Shown here piece by piece: positions 16,668 to 26,174 of a DNA stretch of 64,000 bases (its first letter is position 1; each line of letters opens with the position of its first letter). The notes below the pieces were generated by a model. It was given only the letters and a program-made list of their open reading frames with translations. It searched no databases and was not told the origin of the DNA. The position numbers and the translations under genes are program-made. Origin of the DNA: Deltaproteobacteria bacterium YD0425bin51. GTDB lineage: Bacteria > Desulfobacterota > Desulfobacteria > Desulfobacterales > YD0425bin51. Location of the stretch: the NCBI GenBank assembly GCA_002753225.1, contig PDZS01000013.1:20167-84166 (forward strand), given 5' to 3'.

Positions 16668-17825
16668 ATGCTAGAACTTGCCATAAAAGGAAGTAAAAAA
16701 TACTATGCTTGGATAGTAGTCTTACTTGTCGTAATTACCATGGGTTTTGCTACATATCTTCTCCAACTAAGCTTTGGATTAGGTATTACAGGGCTCAGTA
16801 GAGATGTGTCATGGGGATTTTATATTGCTCAATTTACTTTTCTAGTTGGAGTTGCAGCATCGGCTGTCATGGTAGTTTTGCCTTATTATCTGCATCATTA
16901 TAAAGCATTTGGCAGAATTACTATTTTAGGTGAATTTTTAGCAGTACCATCAGTTATTATGTGTCTCCTGTTTATTATTGTAGACATGGGGCAGCCAATG
17001 CGAGCTTTAAATGTCATTTTGCATCCAACACCAAATTCTGTAATGTTTTGGGATATGATTGTTTTGAATGGCTATTTGTTATTAAACATTGTTATTGGAT
17101 GGAAAGTTTTAGAAGGTGAACGTAACGGTGTTGCTCCTCCTTCATGGGTAAAATTTTTAATTTATGTTTCTATTCCATGGGCAGTCAGTATCCATACAGT
17201 AACTGCTTTTTTATACAGTGGTTTGCCAGGAAGAGGATTCTGGCTTACTGCAATACTTGCTCCTAGATTTTTATCTTCAGCATTTGCAGCAGGACCTTCT
17301 TTCTTGATATTACTTGCGCTTCTTATAAGAAAAGTAACAAATTTTGATCCCGGTAAAGAACAAATTCAATCTTTAGCAAAAATTGTTACTTATGGAATTA
17401 TTATAAATGTGTTTTTCTTCCTATGCGAGGTATTTGTAGTATTTTATAGCCAGATTCCTGAACATATGGATCACTTTAAATATTTATTCTTTGGATTAAA
17501 GGGTCATGGGATTCTTGTTCCATGGATGTGGACATCATTTATTTTAATGATAGTTGCAATTATATTACTAGTTAACCCTGTTACTCGTAAGAATGAATTT
17601 GTGCTAGCTGTTGCCTGCATTGCAGTATTTATAGGAACATGGATAGATAAGGGACTAGGTCTTATTTCAGGAGGATTTATTCCATCTCCTCTTCATCATG
17701 TTAATGAATATATACCTACAGGTCAGGAACTTACTATAACTATTGGAATTTATGCTATTGGATTTTTGCTTATTACTGTTTTATATAAAATTGTAGTTTC
17801 AGTAAAAGAAGAAGTAAGAGCATAA
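16668..17825 (+). CDS. dsrP: DsrP, NrfD/PsrC-like integral membrane subunit
   Basis: 385-aa polytopic membrane protein following dsrO. Its size and position fit DsrP. Confidence 0.85.
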   Translation: MLELAIKGSKKYYAWIVVLLVVITMGFATYLLQLSFGLGITGLSRDVSWGFYIAQFTFLVGVAASAVMVVLPYYLHHYKAFGRITILGEFLAVPSVIMCLLFIIVDMGQPMRALNVILHPTPNSVMFWDMIVLNGYLLLNIVIGWKVLEGERNGVAPPSWVKFLIYVSIPWAVSIHTVTAFLYSGLPGRGFWLTAILAPRFLSSAFAAGPSFLILLALLIRKVTNFDPGKEQIQSLAKIVTYGIIINVFFFLCEVFVVFYSQIPEHMDHFKYLFFGLKGHGILVPWMWTSFILMIVAIILLVNPVTRKNEFVLAVACIAVFIGTWIDKGLGLISGGFIPSPLHHVNEYIPTGQELTITIGIYAIGFLLITVLYKIVVSVKEEVRA

Positions 17826-17846
17826 TAATTGTTTTTTTTCAAAGAT

Positions 17847-17895
17847 AAAAAGGCGCCCAATTTTACAGGTGCCTTTTTATCTTTATTTTTTTAAG
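17847..17895 (+). terminator. Rho-independent terminator after dsrP
   Basis: AAAAAGGCGCC (17847-17857) pairs with GGTGCCTTTTT (17868-17878), 11 bp including one G-U. A T-rich tract follows (TATCTTTATTTTTTT). Confidence 0.7.
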
Positions 17896-17900
17896 TTATT

Positions 17901-19943
17901 ATGACCCAAAAGCCATTTAGAATATCTGATGATCAGTATAAAAATATTTATGAAAATGCTGTAGAAGGTATACTCCATTCTAGCTTTCAAGGAATCATTC
18001 TTGCCTCAAATCCAACCATGTCACGAATGTTGGGATATAATTCAAAAGATGAATTTATAAAATTTATAAATGAAGAGTCTGGATCTTTTTTTGCAGAACA
18101 AACTTCTTATGATGAGTTTTTGATGCTTTTAAAATCCTATGATACAGTCTCAAATTTTGAGTGTAAATTTTTATGTAAAGATAGAAACATTATTTGGGTA
18201 TCAATTCATGCCCGAGTTTTAACAGATAATGATAATAAAATAATTGAAAGTTTTATTCAAGACATAACAGTTAGAAAAATGGTTGAAGAGGCTCTTCAAA
18301 CCGCTTATGAAGAAATGGAAAAAAGAGTTGAAGAGCGCACATTTGAGTTAAAAAATGCCAATAAAGCAAAAGGGGATTTTTTAGCTAATATGAGCCATGA
18401 AATCAGAACGCCAATGAATGGCATAATTGGAATGGTTGGACTCCTTTTAGATACTAATTTAACTCAAGAACAGATAGATTGCGCAAAAACTATTAAAAAT
18501 AGTGCAGATTCATTGCTTGATATTATAAATGATATTTTAGACTTTTCAAAAATAGATGCTGGAAAGTTTAAATTAGAAAATATAGAGTTTGATATACGTA
18601 AAATAGTTGAAGATGTTGCAGACCTTTTAGCTTTAAAAGCACATCAAAAAAATATTGAGTTTGCAACTGTTGTTCATCATGAAGTTCCATCATTTGTTAA
18701 AGGTGATCCAGGGCGCCTTAGACAGATACTTTTAAATCTTTCGGGTAACTCTGTCAAGTTTACTGATAAAGGTGATGTAGCTATTCGTGTAAATTTGGAA
18801 GCTGAAACTGAAAAAAATATTACAATAAAGTTTATGGTTATAGATACAGGTATTGGGATTCCGGAGCATAATCAAGAAGTCTTATTTAAATCGTTTTCTC
18901 AGGTAGACAACACAAGCACAAGAAAATATGGTGGAACAGGACTTGGTCTTGCTATTTCTAAACAGCTTACTGAACTTATGAATGGTAATATTGGACTCAC
19001 CAGTAAATCAGGAAAAGGCTCAACATTTTGGTTTACTGCTGTATTTGAAAAATCTGCTATTACCCAAACTATTTTGCCTGCTCTTCCTATAAATATTTCT
19101 GGGAAACGTATGATTATTATAGAAGACAATATATCAAACAGAGAAGCTTTTTGTACTTATTTATCATCATGGGGATGTCAAGTAAGTTTAGCATCTAATG
19201 GAAAAGAATTGTTAGATTTGTTATACAATGCTTCAACAAAAGGCGAACCATTTCATGCAGTTATTTTAGATCAGATGATTTCAGATATGACGCCTGAAAT
19301 GATAGGGCATGCAATAAAATCTAATCCATATCTTAAAGATATTGTTTTAATTCTTATAACTTCATTGGGATTACGCGGTGATGCGGCTCGTTTTAAAGAT
19401 ATTGGTTTTGCAGCATATTTAACAAAACCTGTTAAGAGATCCCAGTTATATGAGTGCATGCTAATGGTTTTTGGCGAAAATTATACTAAAAGTGAAGAAA
19501 AAGAATATAAAGAGGTTTTTGTAACAAAACATTCTATTGAAGAAGCAAAAAAAAGTAAAATTAGAATCTTACTTGCTGAAGATAATCCAGTAAATCAAAA
19601 ACTAGCCCTTCGATTACTTGCTAAATTAGGCTATAAAGCAGATGTTGTGGGAAATGGAAAAGAGGCTATAAAAGTTCTTACTGATAAATATTATGATATA
19701 GTTCTAATGGATATGCAGATGCCTGAAATGGATGGATATGAAGCTAGTAAGGTCATACGAGACACAAACTCAAGTGTTTGCAACCATAATATCATTATCA
19801 TAGCAATGACAGCTCATGCCATGAAAGGAGATCGTGAAAAATGTATTGAATCAGGAATGGATGACTATGTATCAAAACCAATTCAACCAGAAAAACTATC
19901 GCAAACCCTTGAAAAACAGCTCTCTCGAATTAATGTGAAATAA
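17901..19943 (+). CDS. PAS - HisKA - HATPase_c - (pseudo)REC - REC hybrid histidine kinase
   Basis: PAS-like N-terminus; H-box [14 protein letters not shown]; DTGIGIP and [10 protein letters not shown]. The C-terminal REC is canonical ([13 protein letters not shown]...[10 protein letters not shown]...[14 protein letters not shown]). The preceding REC-like domain has a non-canonical acidic pocket. Confidence 0.85.
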   Translation: MTQKPFRISDDQYKNIYENAVEGILHSSFQGIILASNPTMSRMLGYNSKDEFIKFINEESGSFFAEQTSYDEFLMLLKSYDTVSNFECKFLCKDRNIIWVSIHARVLTDNDNKIIESFIQDITVRKMVEEALQTAYEEMEKRVEERTFELKNANKAKGDFLANMSHEIRTPMNGIIGMVGLLLDTNLTQEQIDCAKTIKNSADSLLDIINDILDFSKIDAGKFKLENIEFDIRKIVEDVADLLALKAHQKNIEFATVVHHEVPSFVKGDPGRLRQILLNLSGNSVKFTDKGDVAIRVNLEAETEKNITIKFMVIDTGIGIPEHNQEVLFKSFSQVDNTSTRKYGGTGLGLAISKQLTELMNGNIGLTSKSGKGSTFWFTAVFEKSAITQTILPALPINISGKRMIIIEDNISNREAFCTYLSSWGCQVSLASNGKELLDLLYNASTKGEPFHAVILDQMISDMTPEMIGHAIKSNPYLKDIVLILITSLGLRGDAARFKDIGFAAYLTKPVKRSQLYECMLMVFGENYTKSEEKEYKEVFVTKHSIEEAKKSKIRILLAEDNPVNQKLALRLLAKLGYKADVVGNGKEAIKVLTDKYYDIVLMDMQMPEMDGYEASKVIRDTNSSVCNHNIIIIAMTAHAMKGDREKCIESGMDDYVSKPIQPEKLSQTLEKQLSRINVK

Positions 19944-20031
19944 TAACCAGTTGTTTTTACCCACTATTTATACGCTAAATTTTTATTTTGATTTTTATCA
20001 ATATTTGATTTAATCTCTTATACAAGATTTT

Positions 20032-20102
20032 ATTCTGCCCGAAATAGCATATGGATTTGTCTTTCCCCCTCCAAATAATCCATGCATATATTCGGGCAGA
20101 AT
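20032..20102. terminator. Long hairpin between convergent genes (candidate bidirectional terminator)
   Basis: ATTCTGCCCGAA (20032-20043) pairs with TTCGGGCAGAAT (20091-20102). There is additional imperfect inner pairing (GCATATGGATT / AATCCATGCATAT). Confidence 0.5.
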
Positions 20103-20111
20103 TATTTGATG

Positions 20112-21104
20112 CTACCATTTGGCATAGTGATCTTCTACCCACCCTGGACATTCTTTAACTTTAATAATTTCTCCTGATTCTGTTTTGAGCTCACCTTCAA
20201 ATGTTCCCATTAATTGGGTAAATTTTGAAGCAAGGATTAAAGCGTTTACAAGTTCTCCCCTTTGCTGTTTAGGCTGGAAATAAAGATCAACTTTTTTATC
20301 GTTTGATGTTATATGCCAAGGTGTAAACATTTCATATTTTTTGAAAATAAAATTAACAGTGTCTATTTTGGTCATTTTATTGTTTAGCCAAAAAGCATTT
20401 TCTGTAAAGCTTGTTTCATTAACTCCGCAGGATAGATTTAATCCAAGAGTCTTGCCATCTGGTAATGTAGAAGCTATTGATGCCCAATTCCAGAAAGTTT
20501 CTCTTCTCATATATCCGCATGTCCAGTCCATAAGCCCCATATATTTAGGTGATGAAATATTAATTTGTTTGTCTTTAAAATGTATTTTACCTTCAACAGG
20601 TATAGGAGTTGTTTTTTGAGTATAAATCCATCCATTATACCCTGATTTTGTGCAAATTCTTAAAGGATTACTATTTTCTGGGCTTAATTTTGCTTCGAAT
20701 AAAATATCTTTACCTTTTGCATAAATACTATTATCTTTCATTTCAATAAAAAGTTCATCACATTTAAAGATACTAACAAATTTATCAGGATAAGGGTCTA
20801 TAAGTATGTCATCGCTGGGAAGTGATATTTTTTTAGTTTCAAGGAGAAGATTAGAATCCATATCATAAACATAAAAAAAGCCGTTAGTGATATATTTTAG
20901 ATCAACAACTGCAATTCCTACCATCATTTCAGAGCTAATGACACCGAAAAAATGAAACTGATTGGGTAAAAATTTTTTTAAAAAATTGGGAATAGCAAGT
21001 CCCATTGGAGTTTCTAACCTGTAATCCATATAGTTTATATGATCTATTACATGATCAAATACTCCATATTGCGCATAACCATTATTATCTACTAATGTAT
21101 TCAT
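20112..21104 (-). CDS. DUF2804-like protein
   Basis: 330 aa. WNWASIA...GLNLSCGVNETSFTENAFWLNNK matches my recollection of the DUF2804 family. Function unknown. Confidence 0.55.
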   Translation of the reverse strand: MNTLVDNNGYAQYGVFDHVIDHINYMDYRLETPMGLAIPNFLKKFLPNQFHFFGVISSEMMVGIAVVDLKYITNGFFYVYDMDSNLLLETKKISLPSDDILIDPYPDKFVSIFKCDELFIEMKDNSIYAKGKDILFEAKLSPENSNPLRICTKSGYNGWIYTQKTTPIPVEGKIHFKDKQINISSPKYMGLMDWTCGYMRRETFWNWASIASTLPDGKTLGLNLSCGVNETSFTENAFWLNNKMTKIDTVNFIFKKYEMFTPWHITSNDKKVDLYFQPKQQRGELVNALILASKFTQLMGTFEGELKTESGEIIKVKECPGWVEDHYAKW

Positions 21105-21120
21105 GAATTCTACTCCTTTT

Positions 21121-21633
21121 TTATATTTTAAGATACCAGCTTATTGCTTTGGTATAATGATCATTGGGATCTGAGGGACAAAATTCTGCACCTATATCTA
21201 ACGTCTCTATTCTTTTAACAATAACTTCTTTTTTTATAAGGGTTCGTTTCTTATCATCTAAATTAAATTCAACTAGCAGTTTATCTCCGAGATGAAATTT
21301 TCTATTAACATGAAGTTTAAACCTTAGCCCTGTACTAGATATATCTAAAACAATTATCCTTCCTTTTTCTTTTCCTTGATCAGTAGTATATTCACCATCA
21401 AGATGAGTTTCTTTAAGATATAATCCTGGAATATTTGTCGATTTTCTATAATTTTTTCTTCTCTCTAAAATAACGCTATAGCTATTTCCACATGGGCATT
21501 TGCATTTAACAGTAATGGTATTTTTAACGCCCATATAACCTGATACATCGGCAATCTTTATCTTTCCACATTTTTCGCATGTAAAAGTAGCTTTATTATC
21601 TTTAATGTATATCTTTTTAGGTCCATCACTCAT
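21121..21633 (-). CDS. PilZ-domain protein with N-terminal Cys-rich zinc-ribbon-like segment
   Basis: CEKCGK...CKCPCG at the N-terminus. c-di-GMP-binding PilZ motifs RRKNYR and DISSTGLRF. Confidence 0.75.
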   Translation of the reverse strand: MSDGPKKIYIKDNKATFTCEKCGKIKIADVSGYMGVKNTITVKCKCPCGNSYSVILERRKNYRKSTNIPGLYLKETHLDGEYTTDQGKEKGRIIVLDISSTGLRFKLHVNRKFHLGDKLLVEFNLDDKKRTLIKKEVIVKRIETLDIGAEFCPSDPNDHYTKAISWYLKI

Positions 21634-21643
21634 AAAACACTAC

Positions 21644-22264
21644 CTATTTAGCTTTAGAAATAGAATTGTAGATGTCTAATATAATTAATTTGGAGAGTTT
21701 TGACATGGCTTTACTCATGGACGAAGCTAGTGCTTGAGGATTTTTTTCATTAAAGATTTCTCGTGTACTGTATCGTTTTTGAAAGATGATACTTTTACTA
21801 ATATCTGGTTCATTTTCAGAACATAGAGTAATATTTAACCCAAGAACAGCTTCCCATCCAGAGGATTTATCATATTCAAAAAATTCATCAACAGAACCTT
21901 TTATAATATGAGTAGAAACTGCTCTATTGCTTAAGCTGAATGCTGCTTTAAAAATACCGCATTCTCTTAAGTCTCTTGCTAAAAAGTATGTCACTAAATC
22001 ACTAGGATTTGCCCGCCATTTGTGATAATTGTATATATCTCTTTTAAATCCATCTTCTCTATATACAATATTAGTTGTATTATATAAAGGTGAAACTTCA
22101 AACCTATCAACCTGTAAAATATAGGGTAGAGGAGATAAATCCTTAAAATTAGGAGGATCATATTCTAATGTATAATAGTCATTTTTTATACTTGGCTGTT
22201 TAAAGCTCAAGCAGCTTGCAAATAATAACAAAAATAAAATCAAAAATAATTTAAATAGTCTCAT
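21644..22264 (-). CDS. ABC-transport auxiliary lipoprotein (PqiC/DUF330-like)
   Basis: Lipobox LLFASC, ~200 aa, immediately downstream of and overlapping an MCE-domain gene. Confidence 0.6.
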   Translation of the reverse strand: MRLFKLFLILFLLLFASCLSFKQPSIKNDYYTLEYDPPNFKDLSPLPYILQVDRFEVSPLYNTTNIVYREDGFKRDIYNYHKWRANPSDLVTYFLARDLRECGIFKAAFSLSNRAVSTHIIKGSVDEFFEYDKSSGWEAVLGLNITLCSENEPDISKSIIFQKRYSTREIFNEKNPQALASSMSKAMSKLSKLIILDIYNSISKAK

Positions 22265-23268
22265 TTAACCTTTATATCCCGTTGTTTAGGTGGTTCTCCA
22301 AATAATAGCTGAGATGGCTGCTCAGAAGTTATCTCAATTAGCCTGTTTAAATGTTCAGTTGCACTTTCTATATTTTGCAATGTTACAAGAACATGCCTCT
22401 CAATATTAAAAAGTTTACTATCTGTATTATTTATAACTTTTGTCAAATTAGTAATCATTAAATTTGCATTCTTCATTGAATTATTTAATTCTAAAAAAAC
22501 TTCTGACAAAGTCTTCTTATTATCAGATACAATACCTTCAACTCGTTTTATAGTTTCATCTGCATTTGAAAGAGTATTTGACGCGTTATTTGCTAGTAAC
22601 CTATAAGAATCACTTGTTTTTCCTATTGAATCTATGAGATTATTCCATTTTTTAGGAGTCATAACATTATTTGCGTTAGATAATACATTTCTAAAATCAT
22701 TAGATATATCTTTAAAATGAAAATCTATTACAGCATTATTTATTGTATCAAGAGTTGCTTTCATTTTATTTGATATTCCTTCAAAATCTAGTGATATAAT
22801 ATGGTTATATACGTTATCCAAACCCTGCATAATCTTTTTCATATCAGAAGGTTTTGTAGGAATTACCGGGTATTTAGCTTCAAACTTTATTTTAGGAGAA
22901 TGCTCTATCTCTTCTTTACCCATCTGATCCAGCTCAATAAACATTATTCCTGTAATACCAATTGATTTGAGCTGAGCAACTAATATTTCTTCTTCTATTT
23001 TTAAATTGGGATTAACTTTCATTACAACTTCAATTAAATTTCCATCAGGTGCAACAGAAATTTTTTCAACTCTGCCAATGGCAACACCTCTATACTTTAC
23101 AGATGAATCCTTATCTAAACCTTGAACTGATTCATCAAAATAACTGACATAATTTTTTCCTTCTTCAAAATAATGAGACATACCAAGCCAAATAATTGCA
23201 ACACATGCCAATATAAGTCCTAGTAATAAAAATAAACCAACATTAAATTTTGTTTTGAGTGAAGCCAT
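22261..23268 (-). CDS. MlaD/MCE-domain substrate-binding protein
   Basis: N-terminal TM helix, then an MCE domain (YFDESVQGLDKDSSVKYRGVAIGRVEKISVAPDGNLIEVVMKV) and a long helical C-terminus. Confidence 0.8.
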   Translation of the reverse strand: MASLKTKFNVGLFLLLGLILACVAIIWLGMSHYFEEGKNYVSYFDESVQGLDKDSSVKYRGVAIGRVEKISVAPDGNLIEVVMKVNPNLKIEEEILVAQLKSIGITGIMFIELDQMGKEEIEHSPKIKFEAKYPVIPTKPSDMKKIMQGLDNVYNHIISLDFEGISNKMKATLDTINNAVIDFHFKDISNDFRNVLSNANNVMTPKKWNNLIDSIGKTSDSYRLLANNASNTLSNADETIKRVEGIVSDNKKTLSEVFLELNNSMKNANLMITNLTKVINNTDSKLFNIERHVLVTLQNIESATEHLNRLIEITSEQPSQLLFGEPPKQRDIKVK

Positions 23269-23274
23269 ATTTGT

Positions 23275-24027
23275 CTACGCCCTAGCCTCTCTATTAAAGA
23301 ATTGTCTTACAAATGGATTATCACTTTTATCTTTAAGAAATTTAGGATCCCCTTCTGCAATAATTCCTTTTTTGCGTTTATCTAACATAATAACTCTTTT
23401 GGCTAAAGTAAATATACTTTGCAGTTCATGTGTAACTATTACCATTGTTGTACCTATTCTTTGATTTATATATAAAATCAATTCATCAATTTCAGCAGAT
23501 ATTACAGGATCAAGACCTGCTGATGGCTCATCTAGAAATACGATTTCAGGGTTTAGGGCCAAAGCTCTTGCAAGTCCTGCTCTTTTTTTCATCCCTCCGC
23601 TAATTTCAGATGGATAATGATTTTCATAATTTTCAAGTCCTACCATGTAAAGCTTCATTTTTACAAGGTCATCAATTACATTTTTGGGTAAATTTGAGTA
23701 TTCCATAATAGGAAGAGCAACATTTTCCCCTACTGTCATTGAACCAAAAAGAGCTGAACCTTGAAATAATACGCCTATTTTTTTTAAAGTTTTTTGGAAT
23801 TCAGAATCAGAACATGCGGTAATATCAACATCATTTATGATAATACTTCCAGAGATAGGCTTATCTAAACCTATCATATGTCTAAGCAAAGTACTTTTAC
23901 CACATCCGCTAGTTCCAAGTACAATAAATATTTCGCCTTTAATTATATCGAAGCTAATGTTATTAAGTATAACATCATTATCATAACCAGCTATCAAATT
24001 TTTTATGCATATAATATTATTTTCCAT
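23275..24027 (-). CDS. MlaF-like ABC transporter ATPase
   Basis: Walker A GTSGCGKST, signature SGGMKKRAGLARAL, Walker B IVFLDEPSAGLD. The start is set at ATG 24027 (MENNIICIKNL), directly after the upstream stop. Confidence 0.85.
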   Translation of the reverse strand: MENNIICIKNLIAGYDNDVILNNISFDIIKGEIFIVLGTSGCGKSTLLRHMIGLDKPISGSIIINDVDITACSDSEFQKTLKKIGVLFQGSALFGSMTVGENVALPIMEYSNLPKNVIDDLVKMKLYMVGLENYENHYPSEISGGMKKRAGLARALALNPEIVFLDEPSAGLDPVISAEIDELILYINQRIGTTMVIVTHELQSIFTLAKRVIMLDKRKKGIIAEGDPKFLKDKSDNPFVRQFFNREARA

Positions 24028-24028
24028 T

Positions 24029-25189
24029 TTACCAATAGCTTCTAATAACTGCAAATATAGAGTCAAAAAGAATAATTAAGAATATACTTGTAACTACAGC
24101 AGAAGTAGCTGCATTACCAACTCCTGCTGCTCCTCCTTTGGTTTCAAACCCTCTTAAGCATCCGACCCAAGCTATAATAAATGCAAATACAGCGCTTTTT
24201 ATAAGTCCCCATATTACTTCAAAAAGTGATAAAGAATTTAATGTCTGGCTTATATATGATGTGGCGCTAAGATCTAACATTGTTACTCCAATGACAAGTC
24301 CTCCAGCTATTGCAAAAACGTCTGAAAAAAGAGTAAGAACAGGTACTACTATAACAGTTCCTAAAATTCTGGGAACTGCCAAAAACAATGTGGTGTCAAA
24401 TCCCATAATATATAACGCATCAATTTCTTCTGAAATTTTCATTGTGCCAATTTCTGCAGCAAATGCAGAGCCGGATCTTCCTGCAACAATAATAGCAGTC
24501 ATAATTGGACCAAGTTCTGACACCATTGCTAATGCAACAAGTGATGCTACATATATATTTGCACCAAATTGCTTAAGCTGAAGAGATGACATGAATGCCA
24601 TAATAAGCCCAAGTAAAAAACTTATTAGCCCAACTATAGGAATAGCTTCAACTCCTGTTTTTTCCATACATGTGATCATGTCATTATAGCGCAAAGACTT
24701 TGGACGAAAAAAAACATATATTAAAGAAAGTATAACCCCCCCAATAAAAGAGATAAAATATTTAACACTTAAAGCGTTTTCTAAAAGAGATTCTCCCATA
24801 CGAACAAATATATTGAAGGATCTGTATTTTTTTAAAGAAGGTTTTTTTTCTATTTTATTGAAATTAACAATGTTTAACACATCGTTTATATTATTAGAAA
24901 CATTAATGAATTTAAGATTTGCGATAGTATTTTTTAATTCAAAAAGAACAAGAGCGCCATAATCATCAAAATATGTGACCTCAGAAAAATTTATTGTTAG
25001 GGAAGGTATTTTTTTTGATTTTATTAAACGAGGAAGTTTTGCCAAAAGAGAAGGGGCAGTACTTATATCCATCCTACCTTTAAAAGATAGAATGATATTT
25101 TCAGGGTTATCATAATTAAATTTATAAGTTAGCGATTGCAATGAAGAACGCCTATAAGAAAAGTTTGAATTTGATCTATTACTAAACAA
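24029..25189 (-). CDS. STAS-domain::MlaE-like ABC permease
   Basis: N-terminal STAS-like region (NIILSFKGRMDISTAPSLL...) fused to an MlaE-type permease core (..GPIMTAIIVAGRSGSAFAAEIGTMKISEEIDAL..). The start is uncertain; TTG 25141 is an alternative. Confidence 0.8.
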   Translation of the reverse strand: MFSNRSNSNFSYRRSSLQSLTYKFNYDNPENIILSFKGRMDISTAPSLLAKLPRLIKSKKIPSLTINFSEVTYFDDYGALVLFELKNTIANLKFINVSNNINDVLNIVNFNKIEKKPSLKKYRSFNIFVRMGESLLENALSVKYFISFIGGVILSLIYVFFRPKSLRYNDMITCMEKTGVEAIPIVGLISFLLGLIMAFMSSLQLKQFGANIYVASLVALAMVSELGPIMTAIIVAGRSGSAFAAEIGTMKISEEIDALYIMGFDTTLFLAVPRILGTVIVVPVLTLFSDVFAIAGGLVIGVTMLDLSATSYISQTLNSLSLFEVIWGLIKSAVFAFIIAWVGCLRGFETKGGAAGVGNAATSAVVTSIFLIILFDSIFAVIRSYW

Positions 25190-25490
25190 TTTTCAAAGCA
25201 TCTTGGAGACTCATGTTTTTTATTACATGTTTTACAAGGGCTTTTCCGAAGGTACCCAACCTCAAAATCAAATTTGTTTTTAAAATTTAAATTTTTAAAT
25301 TCTCTCATGTTTTTTCACCAAAAAATTAGATTATAAGCTTTTATAACTTAGGTATCACACAGTTAATTTAAGGTAAAGTTAATTTTTACTTAGAATAAAA
25401 TATTTATTTATTGTTGACAGTTTTTTCATCTTATAGTTTACTTCCATATCTTTATAAAAGGATTTTCTTTAATTAAGGAGATATTAAAAC

Positions 25491-26150
25491 ATGGATAACA
25501 TTTTCAAATCATTTTCCAGACGAGCTTTAATTGTCATTTTGCTTTTTATGATATTACTTTGCATAAGCTTTAATGCAGGTTTTTTCTTTTCTTTAACACC
25601 TAATATTTTAATAGGTCTCTCTACAATCGCTTCTATTGTTTTTACTTTACTATTATGGATGTCTATGCGTTCCATTCTGTCAGGCTTAATAAAAAAACAA
25701 AAGCCTATTAAATCTAAGGCAATTGACAAAGAGGAAAGCCTTATAGATAAAGAAAAACAGGAAAATATTGAAAAAAGAATATTTTTGCATCTCTTGTCTA
25801 TATTACAAAGAGAAGGGAGACTCATTGACTTTTTAGCTGAAGATTTATCTATGTATGAAGATGAGCAGATTGGAGCTGCTGTAAGAGATGTACATGAGAA
25901 ATGTAAAAAAATAATTGATAAATATGTGCCATCACAGCCAATTCTAAATCAAGATGAAGGAGATGAAATAACAGTTGAAAAAGGTTTTGATGCAGAACAG
26001 ATAAAGCTCATTGGAAATGTAACAGGAGAACCTCCATTTAAAGGAGTACTCCGTCATAAAGGATGGAGAGCTAAAAAATTGAATTTACCAACTTTATCTA
26101 ATATAAAAGATTCAACTATAATTGCACCTGCTGAAGTTGAGATTTTATAA
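25491..26150 (+). CDS. DUF2760-like membrane-anchored protein
   Basis: Two N-terminal hydrophobic helices, then LSILQREGRLIDFLAEDLSMYEDEQIGAAVRDVHEKC...PFKGVLRHKGWRA, which matches my memory of DUF2760. RBS AAGGAG at 25474. Confidence 0.6.
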   Translation: MDNIFKSFSRRALIVILLFMILLCISFNAGFFFSLTPNILIGLSTIASIVFTLLLWMSMRSILSGLIKKQKPIKSKAIDKEESLIDKEKQENIEKRIFLHLLSILQREGRLIDFLAEDLSMYEDEQIGAAVRDVHEKCKKIIDKYVPSQPILNQDEGDEITVEKGFDAEQIKLIGNVTGEPPFKGVLRHKGWRAKKLNLPTLSNIKDSTIIAPAEVEIL

Positions 26151-26174
26151 CCGCAAAATAAGGAGTAAATAAAA

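Noticed and set aside
24138-24581. 147-aa plus-strand ORF antisense to the MlaE permease; similar antisense ORFs at 25484-25825, 33078-33344, 48395-48781, 51156-51785, 61991-62519 and other short track ORFs inside larger genes
   Set aside because: All lie wholly within strongly supported genes on the opposite strand or in another frame. They have low-complexity or Ser/Ile/Phe-rich wrong-frame composition and no start context.
25414-25437. TTGACA ... TATAGT as a sigma70 promoter for the DUF2760/Hsp70 genes
   Set aside because: The spacer between the hexamers is only 12 nt, against the 16-18 nt required.
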